From Mobula hypostoma (taxonomy: Eukaryota), in assembly GCF_963921235.1 (NCBI RefSeq), contig NC_086097.1:31994001-32058000 (forward strand): a DNA stretch of 64,000 nucleotides, given 5' to 3'. Shown here in pieces: positions 1 through 13,347 of the stretch. Numbering within the stretch: the first letter of the stretch is position 1; each line of letters starts with the position of its first letter. A program made the position numbers and the translations under genes. The notes under the pieces are model-generated. The model saw nothing but the letters and a program-made list of their open reading frames with translations. It searched no databases and was not told the DNA's origin.

Positions 1-1370
1 ACAATGATTGCCTGCACAGATCTCCGTAGCGAAAATCTCACGCAAGCGCTCTTGGCAGAAAATCTCACGCAAGCGCTGTTGGCATAAACGCGCTCTCCAG
101 TAACCTTTAAACTATGAAGCTGCCAAAACTACCAAATAACATGTAAAAATACACAGCCTATTTAAAGTAGAAATAATGTATGTACAGTGTAGTATCACTT
201 ACCGGAATTGGGAAAACAGCGCCGAGCACACTGGTGATGGTGTGTTAGACTGATTCATCGCAGGCTGGGTGGTGCAGTGGCCCCCACCCTCTGGGCCGCC
301 GACCCGATACATTGCCATGAAAAACGCAACGGTAGCCAGGAGGCACACAGCACATCTTTAAGAAAAAAGCCGAAATAAACATGCTAATTAATTAGGTGCT
401 GCCCGGTAGATAATTGTTGGCCCAGATCAGAGGCGATTGCATCGCCTCTATTCTGGGCAACAATTACATGCTAGGCGGCACCTAATTAATTAGCATGTTT
501 ATTTCGGCTTTTTTCTTAAAGATGTGCTGTGTGCCTCCTGGCTACCGCTGCGTTCTTCGCGAATCGATACAGTATCTGTCCGGGGCCCGGGTGTTGGGGT
601 GGTGGGACATGGGGGTGTCATCTCATCGTCGATCAGGGCAGGCAGCTCATCTTCTCCTATGACTGCCTGCCCTGATGTCGAAGGTCGAGGTTTGTCGTCT
701 GCTGTGGCTGATGTGGAAGGCTTGCTTGACTGCTGAGCCTCGCGCATTTTTCTATCATACAGTTGTTTGTAAGCACTCAAACCATCCTGCAAATATCCCC
801 TAAACCTACGTACTCTTTCAAAATTAAAGTTGTACTTTACCATTGCAGCGAAAATCTCATACAGTTGCTTCACGTTCATTTCGCTACCGCATTCGGTTTT
901 GATTGTTATCCTTTCCTCTTCCAATTGCATCAGCTCTTCATCTATCAGTTCTTGGTCATGGGATGCCAAAACCTCTTCAACATCATCTTCGTCAGCTTCC
1001 ACAAGCCAAACTCACTTTGTCCTTGCTTCGTTTACCACGATCGAAATGCTTAATTATGTCTAGTTTTATGCTAAGTGTAACACCTTTACTCTTTCAGGCT
1101 TTTCCGACACCTTAGAACTCATCTTGCTAACGGCTGCTCAATGCAACGTGTTAAAGCAATGCCGTTCCGAATCTGGGGGAGAGCGGCTGCTCGGGGCGCA
1201 CGCTGCCTTTTATCGTGCGCTGATTTTTTCACGTGCTGATTTTTTTATCGCACGCTGCCTTTCTTCGTAACAATGAAAACACCTTCTGAAAGCGAAAACA
1301 GGGTATAACGTAGGTCTTTCGTAACAGTGAGGTTTCGTAAAGCGAACGTTTGAAAAGCGGGGAACACCTG
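1..1370 (-). mobile_element. Tigger/pogo-like non-autonomous DNA transposon (left end outside window)
   Basis: Closely similar to the complete copy at 59234-60806. Ends in ...GCGGGGAACACCTG. Minus ORF 499-1002 (VEEVLASHDQELIDEELMQLEEER...YKQLYDRKMREAQQS) resembles the acidic C-terminus of Tigger-type transposases; no DDE domain seen. Confidence 0.75.
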
Positions 1371-4300
1371 TGTTAACAGGCCGACTGGGGGAATGCCATA
1401 CTAGATCTAGTACTAGGTAATGAACCGGGTCAGGTCACAGATCTCTCAGTGGGTGAGCACTGCTCCCTGGCCTTTAGCATTAGAATCAGAGAGGACAGGA
1501 AAATTTTTAATTGGGGAAGGGCAAATTATGAGGCTATAAGGCTAGAACTTGTGGGTGTGAATTGGGATGATGTTTTTGCAGGGAAATGTACTATGGACAT
1601 GTGGTCGATGTTTAGAGATCTCTTGCAGGATGTTAGGGATAAATTTGTCCCGGTAAGGAAGATAAAGAATGGTGGGGTGAAGGAACCATGGGTGACAAGT
1701 GAGGTGGAAAATCTAGACAGGTGGAAGAAGGCAGCATACATGAGGTTTAGGAAGCAAGGATCAGATGGGTCTATTGAGGAATATAGGGAGGCAAGAAAGG
1801 AGTTTAAAAAGGGACGGTGGCGGTAGCAGGTCCAATGTCGTTTGTCATATATATTAATGATCTGGATGATGGGGTGGTAAATTGGATTAGTAAGTATGCA
1901 GATGATAATAAGATAGGTGGCGTTGTGGGTGATGAGGTAGGTTTTCAAAGCTTGCAGGGAGATTTAGAAAAGTTAGAAGAGGGGGCTGAAAGATGGCAGG
2001 TGGAGTTTAATGCCGATAAATGTGAGGTGCTACATTTTGGTAGGACTAACCAAAATAGGACATACATGGTAAATGGTAGGGCATTGAAGAATGCTGTGGA
2101 ACAGAGGGATCTAGGAATAATGGTGCATAGTTCCCTGAAGGTGGAATCTCATGTGGATAGGGTGGTGAAGAAAGCTTTTGGTATGCTGGCCTTTATAAAT
2201 CAGAGCATTGAGTATAGGAGTTGGGATGTAATGTTGAAGTTGTATAGGGCATTGGTAAGGCCAAATTTGGAGTATCGTGTACAGTTCTGGTCACCGAATT
2301 ATAGGAAAGATGTCAATAAAATTGAGAGAGTACAGAGGAAGTTTACTAAAATGTTGCCGGGGTTTCATCTCCTAAGTTACAGAGAAAGGTTGAACAAGTT
2401 AGGTCTTTATTCTTTGGAGCGTAGAAGGTTGAGGGGGGACTTGATAGAGGTGTTTAAAATTATGAAGAGGATTGATAGAGTTGACATGGATAGGCTTTTT
2501 CCATTGAGAGTGGAGAAGATTCAAACAAGAGGACATGAGTTGAGAATTAAAGGACAAAAGTTTAGGGGTAACATGAGGGGGAACTTCTTTACTCAGAGAG
2601 TGGTAGCTGTGTGGAACGAGCTTCCAGCAGAAGTGGTTGAGGCAGGTTCGATATTGTCATTTAGAGTTAAATTGGATAGGTATATGGACAGGAAAGGAAT
2701 GGAGGGTTATGGAATGTGTGCAGTTCGGTGGGACTAGGTGAGAGTAAGAGTTCAGCACGGACTAGAAGGGCCGAGATGGCCTGTTTCCGTGCTGTAATTG
2801 TTATATGTTATATAGTTAGAGAAGAGCAAGAAGGGGGCATGAGAAGGCCTTGGTGAGTCGGGTAAAGGAAAACCCCAAGGCATTCTTCAATTATGTGAAG
2901 AACAAAAGGATGACAGGAGTGGAGGAAGGACTGATAAGAGATAAAGGTGGGGAGATATGCCTGGAGGCTGTGGAAGTGAGTGAGGTCCTCAATGAATACT
3001 TCTCTTTGGTATTCACCAATGAGAGGGAACTTGATGACGGTGAGGACAATATGAGTGAGGTTGATGTTCTGGAGCATGTTGATATTAAGGGAGAGGAGGT
3101 GTTGGAGTTGTTAAAATACATTAGGACGGATAAGTCCCCGGGGCCTGATGGAATATTCCCCAGGCTGCTCCACGAGGTGAGGGAAGAGATTGCTGAGCCT
3201 CTGGCTAGGACCTTTATGTCCTCGTTGCCCTCGGGAATGGTACCGGAGGATTGGAGGGAGGCGAATGTTGTCCCCTTGTTCAAAAAAGGTAGTAGGGATA
3301 GTCCGGGTAATTATAGACCAGTGAGCCTTACTTCTGTGGTGGGAAAGCTGTTGGAAAAGATTCTTAGAGATAGGATATACGGGCATTTAGAGAATCATGG
3401 TCTGATCAGGGACAGTCAGCATGGCTTTGTGAAGGGCAGATCGTGTCTAGCAAGCCTGATAGAGTTCTTTGAGGAGGTGACCAGGCGTATAGATGAGGGT
3501 AGTGCAGTGGATGTGATCTACATGGATTTTAGTAAGGCTTTTGACAAGGTTCCACACGGTAGGCTTATTCAGAAAGTCAGAAAGTCAGAAGGCATGGGAT
3601 CCAGGGAAGTTTGGCGAGGTGGTTTCAGAATTGGCTTGCCTGCAGAAGGCAGAGTGTCGTGGTGGAGGGAGTACATTCAGATTGGAGGGTTGTGACTAGC
3701 GGTGTCCCACAAGGAACTGTTCTGGGACCTCTACTTTTCGTGATTTTTATTAACGATCTGGATGTGGGGGTAGAAGGGTGGGTTGGCAAGTTTGCAGACG
3801 ACACAAAGGTTGGTGGTGTTGTGGATAGTGTAGAGGATTGTCGAAGATTGCAGAGAGACATTGATAGGATGCAGAAGTAGGCTGAGAAGTGGCAGATGGA
3901 GTTCAACCCGGAGAAGTGTGAGGTGGTACACTTTGGAAGGACAAACTCCAAGGCAGAGTAGAAAGTAAATGGCAGGATACTTGGTAGTGTGGAGGAGCAG
4001 AGGGATCTCAGGGTACATGTCCACAGATCCCTGAAAGTTGTCTCACAGGTAGATAGGGTAGTTAAGAAAGCTTATGGGGTGTTAGCTTTCATAAGTCAAG
4101 GGATAGAGTTTAAGAGTCGTGAGGTAATGATGCAGCTCTATAAAACTCTGGTTAGGCCACACTTGGAGTACTGTGTCCAGTTCTGGTCGCCTCACTATAG
4201 GAAGGATGTGGAAGCATTGGAAAGGGTACAGAGGAGATTTACCAGGATGCTGCCTGGTTTAGAGAGTATGGATTATGATCAGAGATTAAGGGAGCTAGGG

Positions 4301-4690
4301 CTTTACTCTTTATAGAAAAGGAGGATGAGAGGAGACATGATAGAGGTGTACAAGATATTAAGAGGAATAAATAGAGTGGATAGCCAGCGCCTCTTCCCCA
4401 GGGCACCACTGCTCAATACAAGAGGACATGGCTTTAAGGTAAGGGGTGGGAAGTTCAAGGGGACACAGTATTAGAGGAAGGTTTTTTACTCAGAGAGTGG
4501 TTGGTGCATGGAATGCACTGCCTGAGTCAGTGGTGGAGGCAGATACAACAGTGAAGTTTAAGAGACTATGAGACAGGTATATGGAGGAATTTAAGGTGGG
4601 GGGTTATATGGGAGGCAGTACTTGAGGGTCGGCACAACATTGTGGGCCGAAGGGCCTGTAATGTGCTGTACTATTCTATGTTCTATGTTC
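1371..4690 (+). mobile_element. CR1 LINE, 5'-truncated ORF2 (end of APE, RT, 3' tail), interrupted by a nested CR1
   Basis: ORFs 2850-3695, 3611-3880 and 3989-4315 carry [39 protein letters not shown] and LVRPHLEYCVQFWSP. Frameshift and stops present; (TTCTATG)n tail near 4673-4690. Confidence 0.92.
1817..2814 (+). mobile_element. CR1 LINE 3' fragment nested in another CR1
   Basis: ORF 1817-2737 (YINDLD..KYADD..RPNLEYRVQFWSP), short 3' UTR and TTATATG tail. The host CR1 resumes at ~2815. Confidence 0.9.
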
Positions 4691-4692
4691 AT

Positions 4693-4800
4693 TTCCAGTC
4701 CTGATGAAGGGTCTCAACTTGAAACATCCACTGTTTATTCATTTCCATGGATGCTGCCTGACCTGCCGAGTTCCTCCAGCATTTTGTATATGTGTTGCTG
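4693..4800 (+). mobile_element. Penelope-type terminal repeat fragment with degenerate minimal hammerhead motif
   Basis: CAGTC-CTGATGA-AGGGTCTCAACTT-GAAAC-ATC-CACTG followed by GATGCTGCCTGACCTGCCGAGTTCCTCCAGC; this motif recurs in the window. Confidence 0.6.
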
Positions 4801-5009
4801 CTGGGATGGCTTGTGTCTACCGTGGGTTCTGAGGTGATGAATGTGAATTGCAGACAGGTAATGTCTGGTCAAGTGGCTTGGGAATGTTGCAGAGTGGGGA
4901 GAATTTGCTGCAAAAAGAAAACTGCCTCTTCAGGGATTCAGTTGGGGATCTCGGGGCCCATGTCTGTAGATCACTTGGAGTTGCTACACAAGTTGATAGA
5001 GTTGTTTAA

Positions 5010-5600
5010 GAGGCGTATGATGTGTTAGCCTTCATTAGTTGGGCAATTGTGTTCAAGAGCTGCACCCTAATGACCATGCTTGGAATACACTGTGTTTAGA
5101 TCTGGTCGCCCCATCATAGGAAGGATGTGGAAGCTCTCGAGAGGGAGCAGAGGAGGTTCACCAGGATTCTTCTTGGATTAGAGAGCATGTCTCATGAGGA
5201 TAGGTTGAGTGAGCTAGGGCTTTTATCTCTGGAGCAAAGGGAGATGAGAGGGGACTTGATCGAGGTGACCAAGATGATAAGAGGCATAGATCAAGTGGAC
5301 TCCAGAGACTTTTTCCCAGGGCAAGAGAGCTAATAGAAGGGAGCATGATTTTAAGGTGGCTGGAGGAAAGTATAAGGAGGATGTCAGAGGTAGTGTTTTT
5401 TTTTTACACAAAGTAGAGGGTGTATGGAACACTTTGCCAGGGGTCGTGGTTGAGGCAGAGTCACCAGGGACATTTAAAAGACTGTTAATTAGGCACATGG
5501 ATGAACGAAAAATAGAGGGCTGTGTAGGAGGGAAGAGTTAGACTGATTTTGGAATAGGTTATGGGCAGTAGGGACAGCAGTACTTTTCTGTGTTCTGTGT
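5010..5600 (+). mobile_element. Degraded CR1 3' fragment
   Basis: ORF 5127-5333 (EALEREQRRFTRILLGL...MRGDLIEV) matches the CR1 ORF2 C-terminus. Confidence 0.85.
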
Positions 5601-6257
5601 TCGTCATTCCCCCATTGTACCAACATTCAGTTCATTCACTGCTCTGTCTCCATCTCCAGGTCTGCATTCTTTCCTGGCTCTGTCATGTTTTTCTAGCTTG
5701 GTACCGATTTTCTAACTTTATCATTTTATAATTTCATCACTCCCCATTTTTCCCTGCTGCTGAAGTATTCCAAATTTGTAAATTTATTAGTGTTTTATCA
5801 GAGCCCAAGTTGGTTATTAATTTAGAAGTTTGTTATTAATTTATAAATCATCTCTGCCCACATCCTTATTTATCATCCCACGATTTCATTAATCTCATCT
5901 GCCGGAGAATTCAAACTTACTTATTAATTTATAAATTTACTGTGGCCCAGTTTTTTTTTATTATTTCGTTCTTTACATCTTCCAGTTATTTATTTTTCTT
6001 TTATTTATTCAAATTCATCATGCATTTTTCTTTATTTATTCAGGGGATCTGGCTGTGTCTGTCAATAGCAGTCTGTTTCTAAGTACTGGGGAGGCAGTAA
6101 TGAGTTGATCAAATTGGTGGGGCTGGAGTCACATATGATCCAGAGTGTGGGAGGGTTATAGATTCCTTCCTCCCACCCTCTCCCGCAGTATGCTGGAGAA
6201 CCAGATGGGATTTCCAACACTTCAAATGTTTCGTAATTAATCTCACTCAAACTGTCT

Positions 6258-6370
6258 TTATTTCAAGTTCCAGATTTATTTAATAGGATAAATTTATTTC
6301 AAATTCCAGATTTATTTAATGGGATAAATTTATTTCAAATTCCAGATTTATTTAACAGGATAAATTTATT
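6258..6370. repeat. 36-bp tandem repeat, ~3 copies
   Basis: TTCAAATTCCAGATTTATTTAATGGGATAAATTTAT recurs with period 36 (CAGATTTATT at 6271 and 6307). Confidence 0.9.
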
Positions 6371-6449
6371 AATGCGTGGGATGGTATTCAAACTTGTGTC
6401 TCTGGGTCCAGAGCTGATTCAGCAACAACTGTCAGTATCTCACTTTAAA

Positions 6450-7100
6450 TTGGTTTATTATTGTCACATGTACTGAGGTACAGTGAAAACCTTTTGTTTT
6501 GCATACCGATTATTTCATTCTATTAGTCCTTCGAGGTGGTTCGGCAGAAAACAATAACAGATTGCAGAATTAAGTGTTAAAGTTACAGAGAAAGTGTGGT
6601 GCAGGTGGAAGGTCATAATGAGGTAGAGCGAAGAGTCATTCTTATCGTTCTAATCAACCGTTCAATCGTCTTATAACAGGGGGAGGAGAAGAGAGAAAGT
6701 CCGGGATTGATGGAGTCTTTGATTCTGTCAGCTGCTTTATCGAGCTATTGAGAAGTGCAGACAGAGTCCGTGGATGGGAGGATGGTTTCCATGGTGTGCT
6801 GAGCTGTGTCCACAACTCTGCAGTTTCTTGCGGTCCCGGGCAGGGTCTTTGCTATACCAAATTGTGATGCATCCAGAATTGGATGGTGCGTCGATAGAAA
6901 TTGATAAGGTTCGAAGGAGACATGACAAATTTCTTTAGCTTCTAAGGAAGTAGAGGCATTGATAAGCTTCCTTAGCTGTGACATCTAATGTGCTTGGACT
7001 AGGATGAGCTATTGTGATGTTCACTCCTAGGAACATGAAGCTCTCAACCCCCCCCAAACTTCAGCATCGTTGATGTAGTCAGAAGCATGTGTACCTTCCC
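6450..7100 (-). mobile_element. Rex1/Babar-like LINE 3' fragment
   Basis: Minus translation SGCITIWYSKDPARDRKKLQ; same family as 21565-22092. Confidence 0.6.
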
Positions 7101-7309
7101 CCTCCCTGTATTGAGGTTAATGACCCAAATACGGAGCTGCAGTCAATTAACAATAGTTCAATAATATATGGGAGGCAGCACAGCCTGGGACACTGCCAGA
7201 TCAGAATGCACCCTGGAGAACGAGCACAGTAGATGGTACCATTATCTCTCAGCCCCAGATATCCCAGTTCAGTCCTGTCCTCTAGTTCTGTCTGTGTGAA
7301 GTTTGTACA

Positions 7310-7395
7310 CTCTCCCTGTGTCTGTACGGCCTACTGCACTCTCCCTGCGTCTGTATGGCCTACTGCACTCTCCCTGCGTCTGTATGGCCTACTGG
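7310..7395. repeat. 29-bp tandem repeat, ~3 copies
   Basis: CTCTCCCTGCGTCTGTATGGCCTACTGCA repeated. Confidence 0.85.
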
Positions 7396-7769
7396 CACGA
7401 TAGCATAGCAGTTAACATAACACTTGACAGCGTCTGCTTTACGGTGGTCCTAAGATGTCCTTAGTGGTGTGGGGGGGGGGGGTTGAAGATGTCCTCATGG
7501 TGGGGGGGGGGTTGAAGATTTCACAGTGGTGGGGGGGGGGGGTTGAAGATGTCCTCAGTGGTGCGAGGGTTCTGCTCGTAATGAAGCTGACTGAGTCTAC
7601 ACCCCTCTGTATCCTCTTGCGATCCTGGGCACTGGAGCTTCCATACCAGACAGTGATGCAACTAGTCTGAATACTCTCCACTGTACATCTGTAGAAATGT
7701 GCATAACTTCAGCAGCTACAGTGAGAGACTGACCATTGTTACTGGATGTGTGCATCACACACCATTAAG

Positions 7770-9195
7770 ACCATAAGTTACAGGAGTAGACAGGCCATCC
7801 ATCTGTTCCACCATTTCATCATGGCTGATCCATTTTCCCTCTCAGCTCAATCTCCTGCCTTCTCCCCGTATCCCTTCATGCCCTAACCAATCAAGAATCT
7901 ATCAACCTCTGCCTTAAATATACCCAAATGACTTGACCTCTACAGCGGCAACAAATTCCACAGGTTCACCAATCTCTGGATAAAGAAGTTCCTCATCCTC
8001 TCCAGTCTAAAAGGATGCCCCTCTGTTCTGGGGCTGTGGCTTCTGGTCTTGGACTCCCCCACTTTTAGAAACATCCTCTCCACGTCCACTCTGTTCAGCC
8101 CTTTCAATATTTGATAGGTTTCAATGAGGTCACCCCTCATTCTTCTTAATTCCAGTGAGTACAGGCCCAGAACCATCAAATGCTCCTCATATGACAAACG
8201 TTTCAATCCCAGAATCATTTCTGTGAACCTCCTTCGAACCCTTTCCAGTGTCAGCACATCCTTTCTTAACGAAGGAGCCCCAGACTCCTCACTATACTCC
8301 AAGTGCGGTCTGACCAATGCTTTACAAAACCTCAACATTATGTCCTTGCTATTATACTCTTGTCCTCCCTAAATGAATGCTAACATGTATTTGCCTTCCT
8401 CACCACCAACTCAACATTCAAATTAACCTTCAGAGAATCCTGCACAAGGTCTCCCAGGTCCCTTTGCACCTCAGATTTTTGCATTTTCTCTCTATTTAGA
8501 AAATAGTCTACCCCTTTGATTTCTTCTGCCAAAGTGCATGACCATATATGCCCTGCCACTGTATTCCATCTGCCACTCCAAACCTATTTAGTTGCTTCTG
8601 TAGCAACTCTACTTCCTCAAAACTACCTGCTCCTCCACCTATCTTTGTATCGTCTGCAAGCTTTGCCACAAAGCAATCAATTCCGTCATCTAAGTCATTG
8701 ACATATAATGTAAAAAGAATTGGTCCCAACACAGACCCCTGTGGAATACCACAAGCCACCATCAACCAACCAGAAAAGGTTCTCTGTATCTCCACTGGTT
8801 GCCTCCTGTCAATCAGCCACTGATTTATCCATGCTAGAATCTTTCCTGTAATACCATGGGCTCTTAACTTGTTAAGCAGCTTCATGTATGCCACCTTGTC
8901 AAAGGCCTTCTGAAAATCCAAGCACACAATATCCACTGATTCTCCTTTGTCTCTCTTGCTTGTTGTTTCTTCAAAGAATTTCAATAGATTTGTCAAGCAA
9001 GAATTTCCCTTGAGGAAACCCTGCTGTCTATGGCTTATTTTATCATGTGCCTCCAAGTTCCCTAAAACCACATCCTTAACAATTGACTTCAACATCTTCC
9101 CAACCACTGAGATTACACTAACAGGCCTATAATTTCCTTCATTTTGCACCTCTCCCTTCTTGAAGAGTGAAGTAATATTTGCAATTTTCCATTCC
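7770..9195 (-). mobile_element. CR1 LINE fragment (RT and 3' end)
   Basis: Minus ORFs 8508-9149 (NYRPVS, DFQKAFDKV, GIPQGSVLGP, LADDTK) and 7940-8338. Confidence 0.9.
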
Positions 9196-9291
9196 TGCCT
9201 GCACAGGATTGGGACAGGTTGTTTTCTGGCAAAAATGTACTTGGTAAGTGGGAGGCTTTCAAAAGTAAAATTTTGAGAGTACCAAATTTAG

Positions 9292-9645
9292 AGTCATAGA
9301 GAAGTACAGCTCTGAAACAGGCTATTCGGCCCATGCCAAAACCACTTAAGCTGCCTACTTCCGATGACCTGCACCGGGACCATAGCCCTCCATATCACTA
9401 CTATCCATGTACCTATCCAAACTTTCTTACACATTGAAATTGAGCTCACATGGACTACTTGTGTTGGCAGCTCATTCCACACTTTCAAGACCCTCTGACT
9501 GAAGAGGTTTTCCCTCTTGTTCTCCTTAAACTTCTCACTTTTCACCCTTAACCCATGACCTCTGATGTAGTCCCACCCAACCTCAATGGAAAAAGCCTGT
9601 TTGCATTCACCTTATCTATACCCCTCATAATTTTGTATACCTCTC
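9292..9645 (-). mobile_element. CR1 3' fragment, antisense, nested
   Basis: Minus ORF 9294-9545 (NLFSQRVLKVWNELP) is the CR1 ORF2 C-terminus. Confidence 0.8.
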
Positions 9646-9866
9646 ATGTTTTATGTTCCTGTCAGAATAACAGGCAAGGAAACATGTTTAGGAAACCGTG
9701 GCCTCACTAGCAGGAGGCCAGAGATATTGAGGTTCTTGGTTATGAAGAAGGAGGAGTTGCATAGCAGATAGGAACAAGTGAGGTTCTTGAGTATAAGAAA
9801 TGCAAGAGAATAGTTAAGAAAGAAATCAGAAGGGCTAAAAGAAGGCATAGCGTTTCTCTAGCAGAC

Positions 9867-11782
9867 AGGGCAACAGAAGGTAACTAAAAAGGCAATACGT
9901 GGAGAAAAAATGAGGTACGAAGGTAAACTAGCCAAGAATATAAAGGAGGATAGTAAAAGCTTCTTTAGGTATGTGAAAAGGAAAAAAATAGTTAAGACCA
10001 AAATTGGGCCCTTGAAGACAGAAGCGGGTGAATTTATTATGGGGAACAAGGAAATGGCAGACGAGTTGAACAGGTACTTTGGATCTGACTTCACTAGGGA
10101 AGACACAAACAATCTCCCAGATGTAATAGTGGCCAAAGGACCTAGGGTAATGGATGAACTGAAGGAAATTTATATTAGGCAGGAAATGGTGTTGGATAGA
10201 CTGTTGGGTCTGAAGGCTGATAAGTCCCTGGGAGTTGATGGTCTGCATCCCAGGGTACTTAAGGAGGTGGCTTTAGAAATCGTGGACGTATTGGTAACTA
10301 TTTTCCAATGTTCTATAGATTCAGGATCAGTTCCTGTGGATTGGAGGGTGGCTAATGTTGTCCCTGTCTTCAAGAAGGGAGGAAGAGAGAAAACAGAGAA
10401 TTATAGACCGATTAGCCTGATGTCGGTGGTGGGAAAGATGCTGGAGTCAATTATAAAAGATGAAATTACGACACATCTGGATAGCAGTAACAGGATTGGT
10501 CCGAGTCAGCATAGATTTATGAAGGGGAAATCATGCTTGACTAATCTTCTGGAATTTTTTGAGGATGCAACTATGAAAGTTGACAAGGGAGAGTCAGTGG
10601 ATGTAGTGTACCTGGACTTTCAGAAAGCCTTTGATAAAGTCCCACATAGGAGATTAGTGGGCAAAATTAGGGCACATGGTATTGGGGGCAGAGTACTGAC
10701 CAGATTTGAAAATTGGCTGGCTGACAGAAAACAAAGAGTAGCGATTAACGGGTCCCTTTCGGAATGGCAGGCGGTGACCAGTGGGGTACTGCAGGGTTCA
10801 GTGCTGGGACCGCAGCTGTTTACAATATATATTAATGATTTAGATGAGGGAATTAAAAGTAACGTTAGCAAATTTGCCGATGACACAAAGCTGGGTGGCA
10901 GTGTGAAATGTGAGGAGGATGTTCTGAGAATGCAGGGTGTCTTGGACAGGCTGGGTGAGTGGGCAGATGCATGGCAGATGCAGTTTAATGTGGATAAATG
11001 TGAGGTTATCCACTTTGGTGGTAAGAAAGGGAAGGCAGATTATTATCTAAATGGAGTCAAGTTAGGAAAAGGGGAAGTACAACGAGATCTAGGTGTTCTT
11101 ATACATCAGTCACTGAAAGCAAGCAGGCAGTGAAGAAAGCTAATGGCATGCTGGCCTTCATAACAAGGGGAATTGAGTATAAGAGCAAAGAGGTCCTTCT
11201 GCAGCTGTACAGGGCCCTGGTGAGACCACACCTGGAGTACTGTGTGCAGTTTTGGTCTCCAAATTTGAGGAAGGACATTCTTGCTATTCAGGGAGTGCAG
11301 CGTAGGTTCACAAGGTTAATTCCCGGGATGGCGGGACTGTCATATGTTGAAAGATTGGAGCAACTGGGCTTGTATACTCTGGAATTTAGAAGGCAGAGAG
11401 GGGATCTTATTGAAACATATAAGATTATTAAGGGATTGGACACGCTGGAGGCAGGAAGCATGTTCCCGCTGATGGGTGAGTCCAGAACCAGAGGCCACAG
11501 TTTAAGAAGAAGGGGTAGGCCATTTAGAACGGAGTTGAGGAAAAACTTTTTCACCCAGAGAGTGGTGGATATATGGAATGCTCTGCCCCAGAAGGCTGTG
11601 GAGGCCAAGTCCCTGGACGCTTTCAAGAAAGAGATGGATAGAGCTCTTAAAGATAGCGGAATCAAAGGTTATGGGGATAAGGCAGGAACTGGATATTGAT
11701 TGTGGATGATCAGCCATGATCACAGTGAATGGTGGTGCTGGCTCGAAGGGCCGAATGGCCTACTCCTGCTTCTATTGTCTAT
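9867..11782 (+). mobile_element. Well-preserved 5'-truncated CR1 LINE (RT to 3' end)
   Basis: ORFs 9910-11133 (407 aa, RT motifs including KFADDTK) and 11130-11699 are separated by one frameshift; CTATTGTCTAT tail. Confidence 0.93.
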
Positions 11783-13059
11783 AAGGTGAAGGAGAATCCC
11801 AAGAGCTTCTACATATATATTAAGAGCAAAAGGAGAGCAAGGAACAAAATTGGTCCTCTGAAGATCATATTGATTATCTATACAAGGACCTAAAAGAGAT
11901 AGGGGATATCATAAATGGATTTTTTGCATCAGTGCCTTCTCAGGAGACTGACGCCATGTCTATTGAAGCAAGGCAAAGCATCAATGAGGTCATGGACCAT
12001 TTACAGATTACAGAGGAGGAGGTATTTGCTGTCTTGAGGCAGATTAGTGTAGATAAGTCCCCAGGGCCTGATGAATTGCTCCCTTGGATCTTGTGGGAGG
12101 CTGGTGCAGAAATTGCAGGGGCCCTAACAGAGATATTTAAAATATCCTTAGCAACAGGTGTAGTGCTGGAGGCTAGCTAATGTTGTTCTGTTGTTCAAGA
12201 AAGGCTTTAAGAGTAAGCCAGGAAATTATAGGTTGGTGAGCCTGACGTCAGTAGTGGGAAAGTTCTTGGGAAGGTCCAAATATTTCAGTACTTGGACGAA
12301 GTTGATGAAGACAAGGCACTGGATATTGTCTACATGGACTTTAGCAAAGCCTTTCACAAGGTGCCACATGGGAGGTTTGTCAAGAAGGTTCAATCACTTG
12401 GCATTCAGGATAAGGTGGTAAATTGGATGAGCCATTCACTTCTCGGGGAAGCAGAGAGTGGTAGTGGATGGTTGCTTCTCTGACTGGGGGAGTGCTGCAG
12501 GGGTCGGTGCTAGGTCTATTGTTGTCATCTATATTAATGATCCAGATAATAACATTGTGAATTGGATTGGCAAATTTGCAATAAACACCAGGATTGGGTG
12601 TGCAGCAGACTGTTGAAGTTTGCTGTGGGATCTGGTCCAGCTGCACAAATGGAATGAAAAAAGTCAGATGGAACTTAATGTAGACAAGTATGAGGTGTTG
12701 CACTTTGAGAGGTCAAACCAGGGTAGGACGTACACGGTAAGTGGCAGGGCGCGGAGGCGTGGAATACAACAGAGGGATCGGGGAGCACAGATTCATGAAT
12801 GCTTGAAAGTGGCGTCACAGAGGGGTGCAGTTGTAAAGAGAGCTGTTGGCACATTGCTCACAATACTCCAAGTGTGGTTTGACCAATGGCTTATAAAGCC
12901 TCAGTATTACATCATGTTTTTATATTCTGGCACCGCTCGGTACGACCCCGTTTTACACACTCACCTGATTTCATCATCCAGATTTTGTAACACTTGTGGA
13001 GTCAGCAGGCTTGGCTACTTTGCCGCTTGCTCTTGTCTGTCGTGATAGATGACAGGTGG

Positions 13060-13347
13060 GTTCTTTAGTTAGAGCCTTCAGCATTTTGGGCATCGAGGGA
13101 GAGAGGAAGAGGAGAGCCATCCGCAGTATCCGATGCGGCAGAGAGGGCCTCAAGATAGCTGTGGCTCAAAAGAGGGGAGCCATGGAGTCATAAGTAGCTA
13201 GCCATCTGGACACAAGCTGGGGTCTGATCAGCCCCGGCTGGGTCACCTGGAGGAGGTCGTATGATGTTGAAAGACCCGAAACACCCGATGATTCCAGGAA
13301 CATCACTGAAGATGTGTCCAGAAGCATCAATAGATGTATGTACACAG
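13060..13347 (+). mobile_element. Short 3' fragment of the HERO-like non-LTR element
   Basis: Near-identical to 55893-56182, ending ...CATCAATAGATGTATGTACACAG. Confidence 0.88.

Larger units (their letters stand above)
9200..12860 (+). mobile_element. Old fragmented CR1 hosting two nested CR1 pieces
   Basis: Pieces at ~9200-9290, 9650-9866 and 11783-12860 are colinear CR1 ORF2 (DKSPGPD, GNYRLVSLTS, YMDFSKAF) with many frameshifts. Confidence 0.75.

Noticed and set aside
9910..11699. RT ORFs as an intact or domesticated gene
   Set aside because: 5'-truncated and frameshifted, with a typical CR1 tail; an ordinary dead copy.
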